DNA from: a bacterium
Lineage (GTDB): Bacteria > SZUA-182 > DTGQ01 > JAFGSM01
DNA: 51,636 bases
Direction: 5' to 3'
Assembly: GCA_049472295.1 (NCBI GenBank)
Contig: JBLIRM010000001.1
Span: forward strand, 1-51,636
Shown: one piece after another, positions 46,452-51,636 of the stretch
Numbering within the stretch: the first letter of the stretch is position 1
Layout: every line of letters starts with the position of its first letter
Notes under the pieces: model-generated
Database searches by the model: none
Seen by the model: the letters and a program-made list of their open reading frames with translations, nothing else
What the model was told of the DNA's origin: nothing
Position numbers and translations under genes: made by a program

Positions 46452-48023
46452 TTATATAGGAAGCTCTCTCCTGCCTCTTCTGCCCGGGTTGTCTTTTTTC
46501 TCTTTTTCAACCACATGGGTCACGCTTTTGGCTGGAGATGTGTCTTGTTTTTCCTCTGCATAAATCGGTTTTTGGGGCAAATCGATGACCTGGCTCACCT
46601 TTGACAGATGATATCCCCTTTTTCTAAGCCCTTCGATGATCTCCGGAAGTCGATTATGAATCCTGTCCTCAATGGGTCTGGATGAAGCAAGATGCATCAG
46701 TATAATACCACCGTTGGCACCTTCAGTACTGCCTTCACCGAAATGGATGATCTTATCCCTTATCTGCTCGGCAGAAAAGTATATTGGAGAATCCTCATTA
46801 TAGACCCAATCCAGGGTGTCGAGTCCCTCTTCCAACACCCGGCCGCAAGTCCATGACACATGGTTATAGCCTATTTCCTCCCCCCATCTGAGGATCTCCA
46901 GATTGTGTTCTCCGTAAGGCGCCCTCCAAAATGGGGACATACGCTGTCCGGTGACCTGGAAAAAGGCCTTTTCCGCCCTTTTGATTTGACTTTGGACAAA
47001 GGCCTTGTTGACCCATGGCAGGGTTTGGAACCGCATATGGGATGTAAGCCTGGCAAAATGCGGGTGGGTATCGGTGTGATTCCCGATCTCATGACCCTCC
47101 GCAATCATCCTCTTTACCAGAGCAGGGTGGTTTCTGATAAAGTCTCCGGTCAGGAAAAAGGTGCTTCTGATCTGATATTGCTTTAGGGTATCCAGAATTT
47201 CAGGGGCACAAGATGCGGAAGCACCGCCGTCAAACGTTAGGCAAACCATTGGCTTTTCAAGGCTTCCGCGGGTAAAATTCTTGCCCATTTCAGTGATCTG
47301 GCGATTCAAATCCACGAATAACTCGATAGTATTGGATGGCACAATATACCCTTCGGGATCATGGACCAGCACCTCAATGGTATTCTTCCCAGGCCTCAAA
47401 ATCACCCTAGGGAAAAAGAAAATGCCTTTACTGCATGTTGTGGCTTCATATAGCACATCGTTGAGATAAAGAGCGCATATGGCGCCCGAAGAGGCCTGTC
47501 CTGAAATCCCTACGGTCTTTTGAACACCCGAGGGATATTCCTTGATCAGAAAGATCTTGACGCTTTCCTTGATCTGTCTTTCTCTTGCATCTTCTATTAC
47601 CGTAGGGATCTTTTGCGACACAGATGGATCCTTATGAGGCAAATTTTGAGTCGATGTATTCAAAGCAAAGGAATATCTCTTTCCCAAAGGCACATCCACA
47701 GTTGCCTCAGTAATAGGAGGTCGTTCCTGCCTCCCGGAAAAGGGATTGGATAAAACAAAACCAAAGATGATGGCAAGGATTAGTGAGAGTATTGATCCGG
47801 CCAAAACCCCGGCAGACCAGCTTTTTTTGCGCAGGATGAATACCTTTAATTGCTTTCCCTGGTCAATCAGAAAAAGCCGGATGATGCAACAGTAATACTG
47901 CCTAAAACATTTAAGGCTGCAAAAGATCTTTCCGTTAAACCTCAACCACCCCTTGGGCACGGGCACCCAACAGTGTTGGCATTGGTCTGCGGATTCTTGC
48001 TCAGGTTGTGAAAGGTCAAACAT
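46452..48023 (-). CDS. Polysaccharide deacetylase (NodB/CE4) with an N-terminal cytoplasmic zinc ribbon and one TM helix
   Basis: NodB motifs TFDGG, HEIGNHTDTH, RAPYG and ILMH. The N-terminus is CQHC-x17-FCSLKC (FCS-type zinc finger), followed by a TM segment (VLAGSILSLILAIIFGFVL). Confidence 0.85.
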   Translation of the reverse strand: MFDLSQPEQESADQCQHCWVPVPKGWLRFNGKIFCSLKCFRQYYCCIIRLFLIDQGKQLKVFILRKKSWSAGVLAGSILSLILAIIFGFVLSNPFSGRQERPPITEATVDVPLGKRYSFALNTSTQNLPHKDPSVSQKIPTVIEDARERQIKESVKIFLIKEYPSGVQKTVGISGQASSGAICALYLNDVLYEATTCSKGIFFFPRVILRPGKNTIEVLVHDPEGYIVPSNTIELFVDLNRQITEMGKNFTRGSLEKPMVCLTFDGGASASCAPEILDTLKQYQIRSTFFLTGDFIRNHPALVKRMIAEGHEIGNHTDTHPHFARLTSHMRFQTLPWVNKAFVQSQIKRAEKAFFQVTGQRMSPFWRAPYGEHNLEILRWGEEIGYNHVSWTCGRVLEEGLDTLDWVYNEDSPIYFSAEQIRDKIIHFGEGSTEGANGGIILMHLASSRPIEDRIHNRLPEIIEGLRKRGYHLSKVSQVIDLPQKPIYAEEKQDTSPAKSVTHVVEKEKKDNPGRRGRRELPI

Positions 48024-48051
48024 AATGCTTCAGTGATCCCCCAGTAAAATT

Positions 48052-50796
48052 TCAGCGGGTCTTCTTTAAATTGTCAGAAATTTTCTGATCTGAAAGAATA
48101 CTGACCAGGATTTTTTCTGCCTGACTCGCCTGGTCAATCTTGGCTGTAAGCTCCTTTATTCTGGCTTCCGCCTCTGCCATGGAAAACTGCAGGCGATCCG
48201 CCTTTTGTGTGGCCTGCTCGATCGCACCCTCTTTTGACTTGAGATTTTCCAACTTGGCGCTGATATCCTCGGACAAGAGATCCAGTGTCTTCAATTTCTG
48301 CTCCGATTCATTGATAATCTGGGCATATTTGGACAGACCTTGGGTTTTCTGATTCAAATCCTGCACAAGCTCCCTCAATCCATCCATATCCGAGTTCATA
48401 TTTTTGAGATTCTCGTCAGTCTCTTTGATCGATTGCCTCTGAGCCAGGGTTTTTGACTGAATGGCCTTCAGATCCTCCAGATCCTTCTTGACCTTTGCAA
48501 CGGCTTTATTCTCCTTGATACAGCCTGCAATCTGCTTATCCAGATGCTGAGCGATTTCGGACAATTGTCCGGCCTTTTTTTCAATCTGGTCGATCTCTTT
48601 CTGTTTGTCTGATATGGAAAGTGTCTTTTCCTCGACATCCTGGGCCATCTGCCTCAGATCTTCCATCTTCCGGTCAAAAAGAGCGATCTGTTTCAAAGCG
48701 TCATGGGCCTGTTTCACCTTCTGGTCCGCTTCATCATTGACATCATGGAACTGGGCCAATTTTGTCTCCATGATATCCTCCAGTGCGGTTCGACGCTCAT
48801 CCACATTCGAGAGGGTATGATCGATGAGACCGAGCCTTTCCTCCATTGTCCCCACTCTCTCATCTATTTGTCGATCCAATTCATCGAAAGCCAAAACCTT
48901 TTTATCCATTTCTTTCATTGCATCCTGGTGAGCAGTGAGCAGTGCCTTGGCTTCGGAAATCCCATTTTTTATCAATTGCAGATCGTCCTGATGCTTTAGA
49001 GTCTCTTTCTCTCTGGTTCTGATCTCTTCCATAAGCAATTGCAAATGATTGAGTTGATCCACGGCCTTTTCAACCGCCTGCCTTGTATCGAGGAAATCCT
49101 GTGCCTGGCGGTTGACCTGACCAGCCATATCACTCAATCCATCCAGCCTTGCCTCTAACCGGTCAATCATGCCGTTGCTCTCCGAAAGAGCCAGAAACCT
49201 TTCTTCAAGGGCGCTTGACAATGCCTCCACTTTCTCGATCTCTTCCTTGGTGCTCTGAAGGACTTGTTCCCTTCTAACATAATCATCCTCTTTTTGATCA
49301 AGCGCAGATGCCATGGCCTGGACACGCTGGAGTTTATCATCGATCTCAACAACATACGGCAAACGGGATAGAAGCTGATCCATTCTCTGACCTGTTTCGG
49401 TAATCATGCCGCCCAGAGTCTCCATCCTTTCCTGGACATCACGGACCATTTCATCTCTTTTCAATAAAGCCTCTGTCTTTTTATGAGATTCCTCCGCCAG
49501 CAGATCCAGTTTCTGCAGGGCAGATTTGACCTCATACAGGCGATCCGATTGACGTTTAATCTCTTCAATTTCATTTGTGATGGCATTCAGATTCTGATCA
49601 AATCCTTTCGAACGCTCCTCCATCCGTTCGAGTTCTGAACTCATGGAGGAGAAGGCCAACTCCTTGGCCTCCAATTTCTTTGCTTCTTCTTCAAATGACT
49701 GGAACCTTTCGGCATACTCCTGAAAACTCATGGATTGTTGCGTCAGGGATTTGGAGAACCTGTCGAGTTCCTCTGATTTTCTTTTCAATTCATTCATTCT
49801 GAGATTGATGGACTGCAAAAATTCCTCAGCACGGTCAATCTTGGACATCTTTTGATCCAAATCCCGCAATTTACTTTCAATCTGAAGGATATTCCGCTCG
49901 GCCTTCTTGATCGACTTGTTCTCTTCCGACAACTTGTTGATCTTGGCCTCCATATCCCAGAAAAGGACATTCAGCTTGCCGGCCTCTTCGTTCGCCTTTT
50001 CAACGATAATCCTTTGTTGAGAAAGGCTCTGGAGCTTTGATTTCACATACTCCGCCATCGAATTCAGACTTTCTACCTTCTGTTTGGTCATCTCATATAA
50101 ATGGCGGTTCTGCTCTATGGAGGTAAATCTTTCTTCTATCTTCTCAAAAACCTTTGTAAATCCCTCGACCCTCTTGTCCAGGTCTTCCATCTTTTCGAGC
50201 ATGGCCGCTCGACGGGCATTCAATTGAGAAAGCTCTTCTGTCTGAACCTGGATCTCAGAATTGATTCCCTCGAGACTTGCAAGGGATTGGTCAATCATTT
50301 CTCTTTTTTCATCGATCTTGGTCAGACTCTTTTTTAGAGTTTCGATGACAGCAGACTGCTCTCCCACACCCTGCTTTATCTCTTCCAAAGGTTTACCGAT
50401 CTGCTCCATCTGTGCCCCTATTTCATCGAGGCGTTTCTTCTCGTTCAGGACCGCAGCCAGACGTCCCTCAAAATCTTTGGAAAAAACCATCACATCGTCA
50501 ACCTCTTTATGAAGCTTATCGATATTACCCTTAAACCCTAAAAGTTTTGTAATATTTTCTTCTGTTACATCCGCAGTGAAATTGAGGGTCTCCAAACGTT
50601 TTTCCACCCTTGCCAATAAATCACTGTTTTTGGAAAACTCCTCCGTTTGAAGCCTTATTTCATCCAGCAGGTCTTGAAAATGGATCTCTTCCTGTCTTGA
50701 TTCTTCCAGCAGGTTCTCCAATGAAACGATTTGCTGCTCCATGGCCTGGGAGAGTTCGCCCGGAGAGATCTCTTGACCCTTTGACTTTTTTGCCAT
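48052..50796 (-). CDS. 914-aa coiled-coil-rich protein, no recognisable globular or enzymatic domain
   Basis: Almost Pro-free and rich in E/K/L/Q throughout. No Walker motifs, no signal peptide, no TM helix. AAGGAG lies 7 nt upstream of the ATG. Confidence 0.75.
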   Translation of the reverse strand: MAKKSKGQEISPGELSQAMEQQIVSLENLLEESRQEEIHFQDLLDEIRLQTEEFSKNSDLLARVEKRLETLNFTADVTEENITKLLGFKGNIDKLHKEVDDVMVFSKDFEGRLAAVLNEKKRLDEIGAQMEQIGKPLEEIKQGVGEQSAVIETLKKSLTKIDEKREMIDQSLASLEGINSEIQVQTEELSQLNARRAAMLEKMEDLDKRVEGFTKVFEKIEERFTSIEQNRHLYEMTKQKVESLNSMAEYVKSKLQSLSQQRIIVEKANEEAGKLNVLFWDMEAKINKLSEENKSIKKAERNILQIESKLRDLDQKMSKIDRAEEFLQSINLRMNELKRKSEELDRFSKSLTQQSMSFQEYAERFQSFEEEAKKLEAKELAFSSMSSELERMEERSKGFDQNLNAITNEIEEIKRQSDRLYEVKSALQKLDLLAEESHKKTEALLKRDEMVRDVQERMETLGGMITETGQRMDQLLSRLPYVVEIDDKLQRVQAMASALDQKEDDYVRREQVLQSTKEEIEKVEALSSALEERFLALSESNGMIDRLEARLDGLSDMAGQVNRQAQDFLDTRQAVEKAVDQLNHLQLLMEEIRTREKETLKHQDDLQLIKNGISEAKALLTAHQDAMKEMDKKVLAFDELDRQIDERVGTMEERLGLIDHTLSNVDERRTALEDIMETKLAQFHDVNDEADQKVKQAHDALKQIALFDRKMEDLRQMAQDVEEKTLSISDKQKEIDQIEKKAGQLSEIAQHLDKQIAGCIKENKAVAKVKKDLEDLKAIQSKTLAQRQSIKETDENLKNMNSDMDGLRELVQDLNQKTQGLSKYAQIINESEQKLKTLDLLSEDISAKLENLKSKEGAIEQATQKADRLQFSMAEAEARIKELTAKIDQASQAEKILVSILSDQKISDNLKKTR

Positions 50797-50853
50797 GAGC
50801 GATCTCCTTATAAAATAATTTTGGATTTTTTATCTCTATGTTTTATTTTCGGC

Positions 50854-50883
50854 ATTTTAGGCATCACCCGTTATATTTATCAA
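50854..50883 (-). promoter_or_regulatory. Candidate sigma70 promoter for the coiled-coil gene, TTGATA-18-TAAAAT
   Basis: On the minus strand: TTGATA (50883-50878), an 18-nt spacer, and TAAAAT (50859-50854), ~55 nt upstream of the ATG at 50796. Confidence 0.35.
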
Positions 50884-51176
50884 AAAATTTTAAATAATTA
50901 TCCCTGAACTGATTAAAAGTATCTATAATCCTTTATTACAGCAAGCGATTGATCCTCATGATATAATCAGGGTGATAGGCTCAAAAACTCTGGATAGTCC
51001 GCCAGTTTATAGTAACACAGCAAATTTTGAGACGCAAGAATAGCCAGGACAGGCCCTTAAGTGACAAATGATTTTAACAAATGCACCCTGGCACGAAAGA
51101 CATGAAGCATATAAGGAAAAGGAAGCAGCATTCGATTCTAATACCTGAAAAGCGATCCGAACAGATAGGATCAGAC

Positions 51177-51636
51177 CTAATTATAAACCTTCTGAGCGAT
51201 CTTTCTGAGAGAAGATGGTATTTCAATTCCCAGAGAATAGGCTGTCCTTATGTTCAGGTAAAGCTCGGGCTTTAGTGTAACGATTGAAACCTTGGACATC
51301 TGATCGGATTGTTCCACAGCCCTGATGATATCCGCGCCCTTACGCCCTATTCGATAGGGATCATAGGCCAGGGAAGCAAGCGCACCCTTTTCAGGCCCAA
51401 AAATACCGCCGCCGATCAGAGGGACCTTACGATCGATACAAAGCTCAGCAATATCCTCCAAATGTGCCTGAATGACCGGGTCCCTTGAAACGGCATATAC
51501 AACATCCACCTTTCCGAATAATTCAAGCAGGATTTGGTCAATATCCTCTCCATAGTGGTCTAAGGTTTGAATATAAACCGAGAGCGCCGGTCTCATGTCA
51601 ATAATGTTTTTCATAGAGAGGGCCTGCTTTTCCCCG
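51177..51636 (-). CDS. ABC transporter substrate-binding protein (COG2984/ABC_sub_bind-like), C-terminal part (continues beyond right edge)
   Basis: The frame stays open to the window edge upstream of the track ATG at 51614. The sequence ..VDVVYAVSRDPVI......IAELCIDRKVPLIGG......KGALASLAYDPYRIGRKGADI resembles the C-terminal lobe of BMP/COG2984 binding proteins. Confidence 0.6.
   Translation of the reverse strand, partial: GEKQALSMKNIIDMRPALSVYIQTLDHYGEDIDQILLELFGKVDVVYAVSRDPVIQAHLEDIAELCIDRKVPLIGGGIFGPEKGALASLAYDPYRIGRKGADIIRAVEQSDQMSKVSIVTLKPELYLNIRTAYSLGIEIPSSLRKIAQKVYN

Noticed and set aside
51010-51060. Plus-strand stretch ACACAGCAAA..GAGACGCAAGAATAGCCAGGAC faintly resembling the c-di-GMP-I (GEMM) riboswitch core
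   Set aside because: The resemblance is partial (no convincing paired hairpins found by eye). It is also on the wrong strand: both flanking genes are on the minus strand, so a plus-strand riboswitch would control nothing.

Overview
This 51.6-kb bacterial chromosomal window is gene-dense and mostly core metabolism and information processing. I could not run searches, so every family call rests on motifs I recognise in the translations.

Gene content, left to right:
- A [NiFe]-hydrogenase maturation cluster on the minus strand: hypF N-terminus (running off the left edge), hypB and an endopeptidase.
- A HEPN/MNT toxin-antitoxin-like pair, next to a 145-bp palindromic repeat.
- A ZIP-like membrane protein and a TPR protein.
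- A ~15-kb co-directional branched-chain amino acid supra-operon: DUF465, ilvD, two tandem ilvB, two tandem ilvN, ilvC, psd, pssA, leuA, leuC, leuD, a small SEC-C membrane protein, leuB, asd.
- A secreted protein with a (G/S)LYG low-complexity tract, and a TIGR02757-like gene.
- hisI, then an expanded macromolecular-synthesis region: rpsU, terminator, NIF3-like gene, mutS2, dnaG, rpoD, tRNA(CAU), NIF3, COG1579 zinc-ribbon protein, RNase P RNA.
- ilvE, then an envelope cluster: methyltransferase, GT4 glycosyltransferase, beta-barrel porin-like protein, FG-GAP protein, SH3b protein.
- rtcB and archease, separated by a small 4-Cys ORF and a repeat-rich spacer.
- A PPi-type pfk, an RseC-like gene, a NodB deacetylase with an N-terminal zinc ribbon, a 914-aa all-coiled-coil protein, and a truncated ABC substrate-binding gene.

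No CRISPR array, rRNA, transposase, integrase or recognisable defence operon other than HEPN/MNT is visible.

The least explained signals are:
- Two families of interspersed non-coding repeats. One is a ~66-nt GGACTCGTAAAAAGTC / ATTGCGA..GAAGCAAT unit. The other is GCGAAGCG-rich modules inside two 0.5-0.7-kb spacers, one of them bounded by MITE-like inverted 18-mers.
- The GLYG-repeat protein.
- The SEC-C membrane ORF embedded in the leu operon.
- The split rtcB/archease locus.
- The giant coiled-coil protein.

Taxonomy is not determinable from here. The ilvBN-ilvC-psd-pssA-leuA order is one I recall from Geobacter-like deltaproteobacteria.
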